From contig MU058292.1 of assembly GCA_013265495.1 (NCBI GenBank), positions 1-64,000 on the forward strand: a stretch of DNA of 64,000 nt, written 5' to 3'. The notes beneath the pieces were generated by a model. The model saw only the letters and a program-made list of their open reading frames with translations, did not search any database and had not been told where the DNA came from. Origin of the DNA: Vicugna vicugna (Eukaryota). Positions 12,517 through 27,500 of this stretch are shown here, piece by piece; position 1 is the first letter of the stretch; each line of letters starts with the position of its first letter. Position numbers and translations under genes: made by a program.

Positions 12517-15500
12517 CTGGAAATGGAAATACAGGGACAGGTAAAAAGTGCCCATGCTGCTGAGACTCGGGGCCAGAAGAGCTCTCCCTGGGGAGGCAGA
12601 GTGAAGTAAACCCCACCAGATGATGAAAGACTGACCAGGAGCATATGTATCTCAGAACCCTGTATGTCCATCCACACAGACATGCATAAGTGCATACGTG
12701 CACACACGCATGTACACACACGCATACATGCACGTGTGCATGCAGACATATGTACATGCATGCACCCACCCACACACACACACATACACCCACAGGCAAC
12801 TGCCTCTACAAAAAAGTAAAATAATCGTCCCGTGACCTAGAGATGTGAGCAAATACAGAACATGGGGTGTGGTGAATAGAATAATGGTCCTCCAAAGGGG
12901 TCCACATCCTAATCCCTAGACATGCAGAAACTGGTGGGTCACGTGGAGAGTCAGGGCTGCAAATGCGAGTGAAGTTGCTAATCAGCTGAGTTCGAGACGG
13001 AGATTAATCCGGAGGGCCCAGGTGGTCCACTGTTGTCACGAAGGACATTCTAAGTGGAAGAGGGAGGCGGAAGGGGTGACGTCAGAGGGGCCTGATGTGA
13101 GCCTCTGCCCCCAGTGCTGCTTTGAGGGCAGAAGGGGTCTAGATCAAAGCTTCTAGAAGCTGGAAAAGACAAACAGACCGTCCCAGAGCCTCTGTCATGC
13201 AGCCTTGACACCCCTTGCTTTCGCCCAGGGAGACCCATTTTAGACATGAGACCTCAGGATCCGTAGGGTCATGCAGCTGTGCTGGTTTAGATACACCATG
13301 TGTGATCACCAGTTACAGCAGCGTAAGAAACTGATGTGAGGGTGACAAGAATGGACAGAGGAAATTCAAGAAAGGGCAGTCCGGCTGGGCCGGTCAGGGA
13401 CTAGGGACACTGCATCAGGCTCTGTCATTCGCCTGAGGCCCAGAGTCTCCCTGGTGTCCTCACGGACCCACAGATGTAACATGACATACAGGTTCCCACT
13501 CACTGTTCCCGGCTCTCAGCCCCCACACATCCTCCTCACCCCCCCCACGTTGCCTGTGTGTCATTAACTATAACAGGAACCTGGGATGTGGAGCTGAGGC
13601 TGCCAGGGTCTCGGGGTGCTTGAGGCTTTGAGCTTTGATGCCTGTTGGTGCCGCGTGTCTGGGCTGAGGCTCTGGGCTGGGTGAAACTTAATTTCAAGTG
13701 GATTTTGGAATTAGTTCTATTATAGAAACAATGCAACAGAGTGTTGAGGAAAACTTCTGCAAAGTCCTTGGGGAGCTGAAAATGCTTGGCACCTAAGAGG
13801 CTCAGTGGCCCCTGGAAGCACGAGCTCAACATTTTTCAGGTTACCTTAACGTATCAGAAAATCTGAACCCAGTATTTAAAATGCATCACACACCTGATAG
13901 ACTGAATGGTGAGGGCAAAGTCCTTCAGCAACTGATAGGCAGCTCCTTCGTTTATCCTGAACAAAACAACATTTTGAAAATTAATGCTATAAAAGTCACG
14001 GAATCTCTCATTTCATATTGAAAAGTTGGGTTTGTCAATAACAGACAACTTCTGTCAGTCAAGATGTATTGACCAAAATACTTTCTGCCACAGACTCCCA
14101 GACGATGACCTAATCTGTGGGAATGAGGGTTGTGAACTCAAGAGTCACGAGTACCACAGCACAGCTCATCCAAGAACACGGGAGGCTGACCTTGGGAGAA
14201 AACCCAAGTGGAAAAGATAACATCAGGAGAGTGAATGGGGCCAGTGAGTCAGAGAAGAACTCAGTGGATTACTCACTGGTGTCACAACAATTTTATTCAC
14301 AATAATGAGTCACACTTTCAAAAACGATCAACATTTCTCAAGAGGGCAGAAGTTTTAAATACTTGAGTTCAACAGAGATTGTTCCAAATTTTATGTCAAA
14401 TGCACTTTTAATTTCTGATGGTGTCCTCCCACCACACACATCAAGGTGCTTGGTGGCTGGGCCAATTCCTCCACTCCCAGTAGGTCCCAGAGGGTCTACC
14501 CCTGAATACAGTTTCTGAAAATGGTTTCCCTGCCAAAGAGTTAAAACAACTGCCAGGTTCTCAGTCCTCAGACATGTGAATTATATTTTTTATGTACCTT
14601 TCTCAGATAACAGGGAGCACAGCATTATTTATTAGTTACGAGGTTTTGAAATATTTAATAATGAATAACTAGGACAGTAATAAATAAAAATACATCTGTG
14701 GGGATGTGTGAATGTTTCTGTTTGTGGCATACAGCTTTATGTCAAGTGAGTCAGCCTAAGTCCCAAGAGTCTGCTGGTCAACCCAAATAACAATACCCCA
14801 AATGTACTACTTTCCCCTGCCATTAGTCCATGAGGAAAAAATCCAGTATACTCAGCATGAGGAACCTATGCTTGAAATTGTGAAAAGGCTTTGGCCTAAA
14901 ATTCATTGAGCTCACTCATGAGATATAAGAAGACATGGAGATGGAGAGGGATATATAAATAGAAACAGAGGCAGAGGTGGTGGAGATGGAGATGAAAGAA
15001 ACAGACGCAGATGTGGACATGGATGTGGAAAGACATGGAGACAGAGGGAGAGGTGGAAATGAGAGAAGCAGGGGCAGCAGTGGAGGTGGAGACAGGGACA
15101 GAGACAGACATATGGTGGAGGCAGAGACAGAGAACAGATGGTGGAGGTGGAGACAGGGACAGAGACAGAGGGACAGAGAGGTGAAACACACCTGTTGTCT
15201 TGGACTAGTCCCAACAAGGAACCATGCTTGTAGAAATCAAGTGCATAAGCGTTGAGCGGCATCCTCCTTCCTTGGTTATCAAGTCTCTGGGGCCACAGCA
15301 CAGGAGCCGAGATATTACTGATACCGATTGTGCACTGAGTGACCTGAAGAAATAAGATCTTCTTAATTTGTCATTTATGTGTAAAGAATGTTTATGATTC
15401 CTTACACTGTGCTTTGTGGTCACGTCATTCACAGTGAAGGGAGAGGGTGTCTTTCAGACGCAGTGCGCTGGTGCCTTTCCAAGCAAGACTACGGGTGGTT

Positions 15501-18500
15501 GGCTCCACCTACGAACATCACTCTCACAACACATGGATGAAAACTTCCACCATCCAGCCCCTAGAATAAAGCAAGACTCACTAGGAAAGAAAAGCTACTT
15601 GAAAATTTTGCCCTTAACCTAATTGGTGAAGGCAGTATCTCTGTAAGTGGGCCTTCAGGGAGCTGGTGCAGCCTATGTTTCCATAGAAGGGACCCGCTGA
15701 TCTGAACAATGGCAACACTTCTACAGCCCAAGGGCCAGAATGCAAGGGGAGGGTGGGAAGATGCAGGGAAAGGAGAAGAAAAATAAGAAGATGAAGAACA
15801 CATCAGTAGCTCTCCACATCTGCGCATTTCTTGGAAATCCAGGGTCGAGAACTCCAGACACAGCCAGGAGAGTGCAAAGGGGGCAAAACGAGGACTGTCT
15901 AAATGCCTTGGGAGTCACTTAGATAGTTATTATTATTAAAAGTGCTTGGAGTATTCTTACTCCATTATGGTCCAGAAAATCGTTTTGACCCCGAAAATCC
16001 AGAAGATTCACACTCACAGGAAACTGATGCCCAAGTGTCCCAGACCTCCCTGGCGACCCTGTGAGCAACAGTCAAGATGAGAAACAGACAGAGATCCTCA
16101 CCAGGAGGAGAACAGAGCAGCAGGTGGTTTTACATTCACACTGTGAACACCATGAAGTAGTGCAAACAGAATAGAGCTTCAGGTCACAACACGGATACAT
16201 CTCACGGTGCAGTGCCAACTGCAAAAAAAGCACCTTCCAGGCGACCACAGTAAGTGTCCCTTCACTTTCTGTAAAATTCAAAAGCAGCAAAAATAAAAAG
16301 TGATTTTGGAATAGGACATTTTAAAAGGAGCATGAAAAACACCGAGTTTAGGGTAGTTGCTATCCTGGGGAATGAAACAGAGGAGGAGCACACGGGTCCC
16401 GAGTCCGTGGCTGTTCACCATAGTTTGTTTTGGTTTTGGTTTAATTTTTTTGATTGAAGTCTAGTCAGTTTACAATGTTGTGACAATTTCCGGTGTACAG
16501 CATCACGTTTCAGTCATACATATACCCACATACATTCTGTTCCCGGCAGTGTGATGCTTTGTGGCTTTTCTACACACCATTTAAAGATGTGCACATACAG
16601 GGGAAGGGGAGGGCAGAGCTCAGAGCACGTGCCTAGTCATCACAAGGTCCTGGGTTCAATCCCCAGTATCACCATTAAACCAAATAAATAAATAAACCTA
16701 ATTCCACCTGCAAAAACGATGTGCATGTGTGCATATTTGGTATTGCACTAAAACGTGACAAACAGTAAAGGCCAGGTTTGAAGGCTTACACTAGCAAATC
16801 TGTACCAAGTGAGCTGGGAGAGGCAAAGGGCATGAGACACTCTGGAGACGTTCCCTGCTGCCAGACGCTTCCCGTGGGTGCACTAGGAAGGACCCTTCTT
16901 CTGAGCACACCACCAGCAGCAACTGGGGGTCCAGCTCAGCTCCTGTCCTGTCCTTCGCGGTCTCCTGATGGATGGTGACCACATGGGGGTAAGACACAGA
17001 CATTACATCCCATGAGAACTGTCTGCATCCCTCTAAACCCCAGGGAAGAGCTTGAATGTGGAAAGGAAGCAAAAGTGAATGGCACATTCTGTCCCTCAGC
17101 CAGACTGACTGTATAACAGAGAGAAGGGAAATGATCCAACTTAACTAGTAATATGATGTCTTTTTCAATGTGGTTGGCTACAAACCTCTTACATGAGTAA
17201 TTAATTGTAATCATACACACAAACTATGGGGGTGGGGGGAGCTTCATAAAAGTACTGCTCTTGTAAACTGAAGTGCAGTCCTTTATTATTACTTTGCCAG
17301 AATTCCACATTCTTCAAGGGTGGTTTATTACAAGGCACCAAACAAACGGGGATAAAGACCTATGCAGCCAGCTCCAGAGGGCTTCACACAGGATCTGAAC
17401 GCTGGTCTCCAGTTTGTTTCTAAACCATGCACCTTATCAGTAAAAAAAAAACAAAAAACAAAAAAAACACCTCCCTTTCTCACCTCTTGTTTCATGAATG
17501 CTTTTTTCTCATTTTATAAAACAAAGTGTCTCCCCTAACTTACTATGATACATTTCCTTGGGGTTTGAAAACGTGCTGAGTAGCAACAAAGGACAAGATT
17601 GCTTTCTTACTGAGAAAATGGATTGCGCTAAAGACTGCTTTAAACAATCTTTAAAAATTAGGCAGTTTCCAATTACTTGTCTTCAACAAAATTGAAGGTA
17701 AATCTAATCAAGTTGTTAATTAAGAGAAGATTAAAACATATCTTTACAATCAATTGCTAGGTGATTTGGGGCATATAGCTCATAAGGCATTAGAAGAATT
17801 GTATATTACTGTTATAACGAAAATTACTCCATTCTCAGCTACTGAACTATTTGAATAAAGTTTCTCAGAATCTGAATTAAGATTTGATGCTGGAATTCTG
17901 TTTCATTCTGAAAACAAGTAAATATTCATCCACAGTTACACGGACTAATTAAAAAAGAAACAGCCTCATTCATCTCATTAATACACACCTTTTCAATACA
18001 GTATTAACATTACTTCTAGTAATTACTTCTCCAAATTCAGATTATACTTACGTTTCTGTGGCCAACTAAAAATAAGTATTACATTGAAGCTGTATTCTAC
18101 TTAAGTTAAGAAATATAAAAGGTATAGTAACTTCATGTTTAAAAATTTGTTACATTAAGGTAAAAAAATATGGGGGAATGCAGAATCTAAACATAAGAGA
18201 AAATTTAATTAAATCATTAAATTTTATTCTGGACTGTTTTTTTCGTGTGTATGTGTAGAAAAGGGAGCCCTCATACACTGTTGGTGGGAATGTAAATTGG
18301 TGCAGCCACTATGGAGAAGAGTATGGAGGTTTCTCAAAAACCCAAAAACAGAACCACCATTGACTGTTTTTAACTTGCAAGTTATGGGTGTTAAAACACA
18401 TTAGTATTTATATTCCATTTTATCCATTTAAAAGAATGATGCAATGGTATTATTTTAACACGTCAACATTTATCTGAAGATGGAACCTGAATCATCTGAA

Positions 18501-21500
18501 ACTGTTTAAATACATGATAAAAGTACGTGTGTCTCTATTTAAAATTCACAAGGGTCCATATAACTTTTCAAAACTCCTTCCAGTGACACTGGATTATTTT
18601 ACATGGCAGAGGACTATCTGCTTCTGGAATAGAATGGAGCTGAGACACTGTAACATCAAATGTGACAAAACCTATTTTCTTTCTCAGATTTTGAATTAAA
18701 GTATAAATTAAATTTCTACAAGTCTATTCCAACATTTGAATGGATTATCCAGCATATCTGAAATGTATCTGGTTCTTTATACTCCATTTCTGACATCTAA
18801 GATCCAGAATATATGGGATTCACAGCACCTACAGCAAGACTGGGAAGCCTGAAGGTCGTTTAATGTGCTCTTTTCACAGCAAACCCATGTTAATCTCCAG
18901 AGAAGTGCTGGTCCTGGATTTCTGTGTAATGGGGCAGGGGTCCTCAGGCCAAAATGACAAACAAATCGCGCCACTTGCTGGATATTTCTGTTGCTACACC
19001 TGGATTTTTTTTCAATTTGGGGAATTTAAAGTCCTTGCTAAACTGCCTACAGCTATACGTCCAACTCTTTCTTGAGACTTTTATTTATAAGCCCCATTTT
19101 CCACTTACATGGTCCGGAGTTTCTGGATGGAGCAAATCAGCATCAGAGTTCCCAGAGAGACAAGCAAATGGAGAAACAGCTCTTCTCCCTTCCTTGCAGC
19201 TCAGCAGGTGAGACACGAGCTGGGAGTCCTCACACTCTTCACCTGTGAAATCTGACCACAAGAGATTGGACAGATCAGCTTTTAAAATTCACCTGCTCTA
19301 GACCATACTGCTGGGGAGGACAGTCGACTTCCCAGGGCCGACGTCATATGAAGACCAAACAAGACTGACCACAGTGACTGACACATGTTGGCACATTCAG
19401 TAAATGTTAGCTACTAATGTCCTTATCAGTATCATAGAATTTTTTTGATCAACAGGTAATTAAAGGCTAAATTTAAATTCTTGCCCTTTCAGCCCAGAAC
19501 TGTTGTTATCACCTTGGTACCTTCTCCCACCTGACTTAGGTTTGACCTCAGAATCTTTCTAGACAGGGTGATTCAGGCAGCCACCATCAGCAGCTTTGTA
19601 AACAGTGTATGAGAAGACCTACTTTTTTCCATTTCCAGTTTCATGAAGCACCAGATGGTGCATCAAAGCCAGCTCTGCTTTGTGATGGAGGCTACATCCA
19701 CACACTCCTGTGCTGCCTCCTCCGGGAAGCCCACTGCTATCGTCTGCTTTTGAACATGCTGCTTCCCCCACCTTAATGTTGCCCAGGGAGCTACAAGTCC
19801 GCTTCCCTTTTTCCAATGGAGAATGTGACACTGAAATGAAACCAGGAAATTACTACCCACAGTTCTACCCTCTCCCTGTATCCCCATCCCTTTCTCCTTA
19901 CTTTCCCCTGGGAGATTTCCACCCAACAGACCATGAAAAATAAGAACAAAGATTAACAGTGTTTACTGCGGGCTGGGGCGCTGTTTCCAGTCACATGCGT
20001 TAACTCAGTGACTTAAAGCTCACCTAAGCCAGGGGGATGACGTTACTCTCTCTTACTATCTGCGGAGAAAACTGAGGTGTGACTACGGAGTCACTGGCCT
20101 GAGGCCTCATTGCTAACTTGTAGCTAAGCCAGAGTTTGGACCAAGTAATCTGCAGAGTTGACATCCAAGACCACCAAGCAGAGTGCCTCCCAAGAAAGAA
20201 GTGACAGGAGAGTCTCCAGTGTCTCCTCCTCCCACGGGCACTTACTCCATTTTCCAGGCTTGAACCAAAAGCAACCTTTAATTAAGATGGCTTACAAATG
20301 ACTCTATTCAATTTCATTCTCCATTGTCCTTTATTTAACTTCTAATAATCATACCTGTTTTTTCTTGAGAAAGCAGAAGGGATGGATCCCCTTGTTCTCA
20401 GGTGGACTGAGCTTTCCAGGGCTCTGCTCTTCATCTGGGATCAAACAGTCTAAGGCAAGATGATTCATTCTTTAAATTGTTCCACAGAAGAGCTAAGACC
20501 CACTTACCTATTTTTGACAATGGGAGCTGATGTTCCTGTTTCATGTCTGCCAATTTGGAAACAACCAGCAGGAAGGAGGCAAAGCCCTTGGTGACGTTCA
20601 TGTTATACTCATCCAGGGCAGCCTTAAAGTCCTCGGGGAGATCCTCCAGGAACACCTGCACTGGCAAGGAGATCATCAAGACAAAACAAAACTGAAGGCC
20701 CAGTATTTTTTTCAGAGAGCTCTACAAACCTTCCTTGAAAACTGGAAGTTTGGAAGAAGGGCAAACAACAGCGCAATATAATCCTATAGTTATCCATCTA
20801 TTCAGTAACATAACTATTTCATCCTTTCATCTGTGAAACTAACTTGAAACTCATTCTTCTGTTTCTGTGTATGTTATAAAAACCAATACCTCTACTTGTA
20901 AATATTTGCTTTTGTGCTACTTAGTGAAAACAATCTTTTAAACAGAAGGATGCCCTCAAATGACAGTGGACTTGTGAATATTTCAAAGAATCTAGTGGCA
21001 TGTCCGGGGAGCAGCAACCACAGAAAGCCCCTCTGAGCCTGGAATGCACCTCACCTGATTGTGAGGGTTTTAAACTCACACTGGATTTGTCTTGCTAATA
21101 TTTTCTGATTATTCTTCCATCTACAGTCATGGAAGAGGCACATCTCTAATTTTTTCATGATGTCCTTGTCATGTTCTGATGTTAATTTTAGGCTTTGCTT
21201 TCTCTTTTGGTATTCCCTAGAAGAGTCTGTGAAAACCTGGTGTTATTACCATACACTGTACATAAAAATAAACTCAAAATGGATTCAAGACTTAAATGTA
21301 AGACCTGAAACTGTAAAATTCCTAAGAGAAAATATAGCAACATTGATTTTGGCCGTAATTCTGTTAACGTGACACCAAAAGCACAGACAACGCAAGTGAA
21401 AACACAAGGGGGACGACATCAAACTGAAACCTTCTGCACAGCACAGGGAATAATCAACAAGGTCAAAAGGCACTGCTAGAATGGGAGAAAATACTTCTAA

Positions 21501-24500
21501 ACCATCCACCTGCTAAGGAGATAAGACACAGAAGAATCCAGTACAGCCCAACAGCCAAAAAAGGGGGCAAAGGACTTGAACAGACGTTTCCTCAAAGAAA
21601 GCACCCCAGTCCCCATCACATATGTTAGAAGGTGCTCCACACTAATCATCCCTCACCCTCAGGGAGACGCAGATCAGAACCAGAGTGAGGCGCCACCTCA
21701 CACCTGCCAGAAGGGCCATCACCAAAAGACCAGAGGTTACAAGGGCAGAAGAAAACTCGGGTAACAGAGGATTTTTCTTTCTCTGCCTTCTTTTTGTTCT
21801 TCTTAGCCACCTTTTACGAAGATCACCTGGCACAACCAGCCCGCCCCACTCTCTCAGATTCCAGTGAAACACGTAAGTCATCGTGTTTGATGCTGATTCG
21901 GTGACAGGGAATCGTGATCACAGAAAGTGTCACAAATACAATTGGATGAGTTGCTCTGTGTGTGTCAAGTGGTAACTTCTTAGGTGCCTATTCTAGTATT
22001 TTTTTCAGTGAGGACATCACGGTTCACAACATACACTTCCTGTCTGAATCCCTACCTCAAGGTAAAAAGATCCTAAAAGAACCACATAGTTAATGAGAAC
22101 TATTAGTTCATTTCATGTATAATTACCTACATTTTTTCTTTAGCCACTGACTGCTATACTTCTATACAATCAAATGGAAAACAAGATCAAATTTTTTCTC
22201 CCATTCTCCTCAAAGTGTTTAATCTTTGGATAGATTTATAGACACATGAATTACAGATTAAATTGATTACAGAACAAACTGTTACCCTACAAAACAAATG
22301 AATCCTATATTAATAAAATTCTGCTGCTGAATCATTTATGGTAGGATCCATTTAATTATCTTAATTATTTAACATTAACAGGATCATAAATTTTACCTTT
22401 GATTGATAAAACTTGAGATTTGCATCTTGGAACTTTGCTGGAATATATCTTCTTCCAAACAGATGTGCCAAGACTAACACTAGCCTTTCCATAACATCTT
22501 GAGAAAAACATTTTGAGCCTATACAGAACAAAGTGACTTGTTATATAAACATAAAAAGTGGATTAATCCCATTTTTAATGCTTAAATTGAATGTTATATT
22601 GCACTTTATTTCATGGAAACTAGAAATGTGTAACAAATACAGCAACTAAGGAATCTCTAAGGACAGTCTTACTCCTTCTTTGTCCTTCCAGCTGCTCCTT
22701 CACCTCTGCATCAGACCCTGTCCTCCAACCACAAGCTGCCGTGTCTCCTTATCTGAACTCCTCCTCCTTCAGTCTGTCATCAGTTTTCCTAAAGCATGTA
22801 ATGACCACGTCTCCCCTCCTCGAAAGTCTCTGATTGCATCTCAGTGCCTCATAAACAAAATCCAGTCTCCTGAGTCCAGCACTTAAGGCTTTCCAAAAGT
22901 CACCCACCAATGACCTCCTGGTCCCTCCCTGCCTCACCTGCCAGCCACTCATGTCAATACCATCAGCCTGAGTCATTCCCTACCCTTCACAGCATGTGAG
23001 CATCACATGCAGTGTTAAGAAATGTTACCTTACAAGCTTGGGTTCTGGAGTCAGTCTGCTCATCTTCGAATCTTGGCTCAAGATTTGGGGACCAAGGCAA
23101 CTGATTTAACTTCTCTGTGTTTCAGTTTCATTATTTATGAAATTCCATGTTACCTGCCTCACAGAGCAACCCAATGTTCAACCTCCACGTCTGTAACTGC
23201 ACACGTCCTGTCTCTACCACACACAGCAATAAACACAACCACACTTCTTACTGCCTGAAATTATTTCTCCTCCTACAGAGCCTGTGGGAGACAGAATTTC
23301 CTGAGCATCCTTGATTCACAGAACACTGCACATTCAGAGCCTAGTGACACTGTGCAAGGTACATCATTCCTGCCAGTTAACAACAGAAGATAAAGTCAAG
23401 TCATGCTGTGGAAGGCACTGAAATCACCAGCATCAGAAACTATAACAGATTTAAGGACAAACAGGGAAACATTTCTCTGGGAGACACTGTTTAAAGATCT
23501 ATGGTTTAGTTATAAAAATCAAAGGCTTTCATAAAAACTATGTTAAATGAAATTTTAGGTAGAAATTGCAAGTGGAATTCAAAAATTTGCACGTGATATT
23601 GCCAAAAAAACATTTAGGGGGAAAACAAGATGCTAGATTGTGCAACTGATACGATATCAGCTGTCTAGATACACTGTACAATTATTCAAAGAAAATATTC
23701 ACAAATATCAACAGTGAGTATTATTTTTAACATAAGGGTTTTCCCTGTCCTTCTATCATGAGCATATATTAGATTTAGTCAGAAAAGATATTTATCAAAA
23801 AAAATCATGTATTAAAACGTTCTGAATCCTGGAGTCAAGGAATCTCCAAAATTAGTAACTCGACATTTTTTGATAGCTGCCACAAAATGTAGCTATCTCC
23901 TATATAATCTATATTAGTAGGCATATACTGCTTTATTTTATCTAATTTGGCATCTAAATTATCTGTTTACTTGTATTTTCCTTGTAGAAACAATATTCCC
24001 AACGTGCTAGCTTCTCTACAGTGCCCGGTGCTGCTTTCAGACCACATATGAAATACCAAGCTTACCTCTCCTGGTTGGCTGACAGAGATTATGGAAAAGG
24101 CCCTTTACCAGAAAACTGACGAAAACAAGATTGGAAGGCTCGTGATAGTGCAAGTGTGAAACAAGTCCAGCAAACCCCATGGGGTTTCCTTCTCGGTCTA
24201 CATAGCCCTAAAGAACAAGAATCATTTATCAGTTTGACTGCATTCACCACATACATGAATTAATAGATAACTTATTAAATGCCACTTTAAAATAGTACTT
24301 AATACCCATATGAGAGAGATTAATAATTATTACCTGGCCCAACCTTGAAAAGTGTATCAATCATAAGGAATGTGAGTCACTGAACATAACCTGTAGGGAC
24401 TGGAGCTAGCCCAGCCTGTTGAGGATCAGAGCCAGCTACCAGTCCTGTTTCAGGAACAGACAAGCACAGTCGTACCTCTTTCACCAGGAACTGCAGTGAA

Positions 24501-27500
24501 AACAGGAAGTAGAGTTTCAGCATCTCCAGGGCTCGCGGCTGTTTGAAGGCGAGCAGTGAATGCTTCAGCACCGACAGCACCTGTGGAGGTGAGTGCGTTC
24601 ATTCACACCACGCTCGTGTGCAGCACGATCACGAAAGGCAGGTGCACCATTTACACTGACATTTACAATAATGCATCACTATGAAATGAGAGAGAGATGC
24701 ACAGAGTGGTGAAGAATTTCAGGGAATCAAAAAGTCCAGCAGCAGAACTGACATTCACATGGCATCACTAAGGAGCAGAACTCAAACTCTGAGAATGTGT
24801 CAGAGAAGTGGGAGGCAAATTCATGTGTTCTCTCATAATGAAGAAAAACAGCAGTGGAGAACAGGACGAGGATTTTCTACTTAAAATAACTTCTCTGAAA
24901 AAGAAACAACAAATTAAAACAGAGGGAAGTATCAAAGATCTAACTTAAGAAACCTTTTCTTAGTTCCAAAATGACTGGAGCACTGCACAGTGCATGTGTA
25001 CTTACTAACATCACTGGATTGCACACTGAAAGATGGTTAGGATAGCAAACTTGATGCTAGCTGAATGTAACCCCAATAAAAACATCTAAGCATGAAGACT
25101 GAAAGTTCTCATCATATAATAAGGAAGACATCAATCAAAATTAACAAGAAGGACCCACAAAATAGAAAATCCTGGGGAAAAGAATTTAAAGATTTAAAAA
25201 TTCATATAATTACATAGGCAGGAAAAAAAAACAAATTAATGACAAGAAAACAGGAATTAGCATGATTCCTCTAGAGGAGATTCCAAGAGAGTCTGTTCCT
25301 CTGTAACAGTAAATGGCAGGAGATACAGAAGCAATCTTAGTTTGATGTAATAAATAAAGTGAATATTCCAAGAATTTTATGCCTACACTTGAGTCTCTGT
25401 GTGTGAGGGTTGCAGAGAGATATTCCCAAAGATGCCAAGGCAAAGAAAATAAACCACTCTGATATCCTTCTTGAAAAAAACTAAAAAGCTTGCAAGAAGA
25501 TATAGGTTTCTCTTCTATATAGAGGTTAAAAAATAAGAACTCAAAAATGGGGAAGTTTTGATCAAAAATGATATGCACCTGCCCTGTAGGACCATCAGTA
25601 ACACAAGAGCCTATGGTCACAGAAGTCCTGGAGTGTCCTCACCTCAACAAAGAGAGCCCGATTTAGAGGGTGTGGTAATCAGTACACAAACAGGGAGGAG
25701 TGGGTCCCAGCATGATGCAGCCTCACAAGGGTGAAACCAAATGCTGAACTGGGGATTTTAAATCTCTTACCGTGGGACTGGGCTCAAAATATTCATCTGA
25801 GCAGAAAATTTCAGGAAGCATTTATAACCATATTCTAAAGTCCAACTAAATATAAATGTATCTTTGTTTAAAACCAAATACTCACACCTGCCTAGAACTT
25901 TGACTGCAAAAAATACCAAAGGGATAATATGACTTTTTGGATAGCAGAACTAGGTATAGCTTTTTTTCTTCCTTCAACTTTGTACATGATCCAAATATTC
26001 CTTGATGAACTTGGGTTACTTTTCTAAAGAAAAATAAACTCCTTTAATATGAAATCATCAAAGTGGATCTTGCTGTCCCTAACAGTGGTGACAGGAAGGT
26101 GGCCCAGATCTTTCTAAATTCAGGGGCAGTGCTTCTAACCCCTACAGGACGCAGCTCATCACACATGAAAACAGTGGTCGGGGTCAGCTCCAAATACCCA
26201 CCGGCCGTGAATTCTGTGACTGACACAGGAGACAACAGGACTAACTGCACTCTCCCCACCAGCCCACCCTCCACCACTCACGACACTCCAGCAGTCAGGA
26301 CTGGTGACCCCAGGAAGCTACTGCCACAGACGCGGGAGAAGAGGCAGCTCCCCCTGCGGCTGGGCAGGCAGCAGAGTGTCCACATCAGAGAACGTCACCC
26401 CTACCTTGGCCTCCGCATCCTCTGGATCATCACCCTTGGAAGCCAGGAGCATGAGTCTCAGGACCAGGGACATGCTGAGTGGGAACTGGCCCCGTAGTTC
26501 AGGAACATTGGACTTGATGAGTTTCTCTATTTTGGGCAATGGAATATCAAAGAAGTATACATCCCCCATCAGGTCCTGACCTCGTCTTCCAGCACGTCCA
26601 GACATCTGGAAGCAGAGCAGAATCACAAATTAAACCTTTCCTAAACATCTTCTCCACCACAGGGTGAGAACTGAGCCTTCTCCATCAGGCTAGAGCAAGT
26701 CAACTGTGCGATGTCCGGCCACGCCACATGGAAACAAGAATCCCAGTGGAAGGCACTCAGGAAACTCACCAGGGCTGAGACAGAGCAGAAAACGGGGCAC
26801 TGCTCATTGTCATGCTCCAACTGCACACCCAATGTTGTGCTCCTTCCTTGCATAATGACACACAGAAGAAACAACAGCAAGAAGAAGAAAAAGACTGGAC
26901 CCTGGTTTCATGTCCACTTACAGCTGAATGTACAAGACTTCCTGCCCCCCTCTACACACCCCTCTCCCACTCTCCCTCACACACACATGGGCTGAGTGAC
27001 AAATCACCACAAAACTGCACAGACAAAGGAGACACAGCAGCGAGATGAAATTCAGAAACACCACTTGTGAAAAGCAAGTTAAGAACAAACTCTCTGCAGA
27101 AGTGATATGAGTTCTCATTTGAGACGTGCTTGGCACATGCTAAGTCCTCTACACTTTTTATACGGACCCCCAGCAACCGCCACAGGAGAACAGTCATTAC
27201 CCTAGTTACAACACAGTGACTGGGGCTTGGGGAAATCAGAAACTCGCCGAAGTCAAACACCAGGACGTAGGACAACCATGACTCAAAGCCTGGCACTCAG
27301 ACTCCCAAGTTCATCCTCCGAAACATCAGAATGCCCGGCCACAGAACCCAGAGGCGAGACCCCAAAGATGACACCAGAGGGGCTTCATGCCCAGATCAGA
27401 AGCAGGAGGAGAAATCAAATGGACTGGGGCTGGTAAAATGCAGGAAAAATACGGATGTTACATGAGGTACGAACAGCCCCCATCGGGGAATGAAACGCAT

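Noticed and set aside
12417..12785. 122-aa ORF as a standalone gene
   Set aside because: Only the last ~33 codons are the DDX60 terminal exon; the rest is read-through into the intron and TG/CA tract
16606..16680. Possible tRNA gene (B-box-like GGTTCAATCC)
   Set aside because: No full cloverleaf, and it is followed by a SINE-type AT-rich tail; same for the copy at 31101
24640..25960. A-rich stretch as a possible exon or gene
   Set aside because: Looks like very old L1 remnants; the DDX60 exon chain is already complete across this intron; too diverged to annotate with confidence
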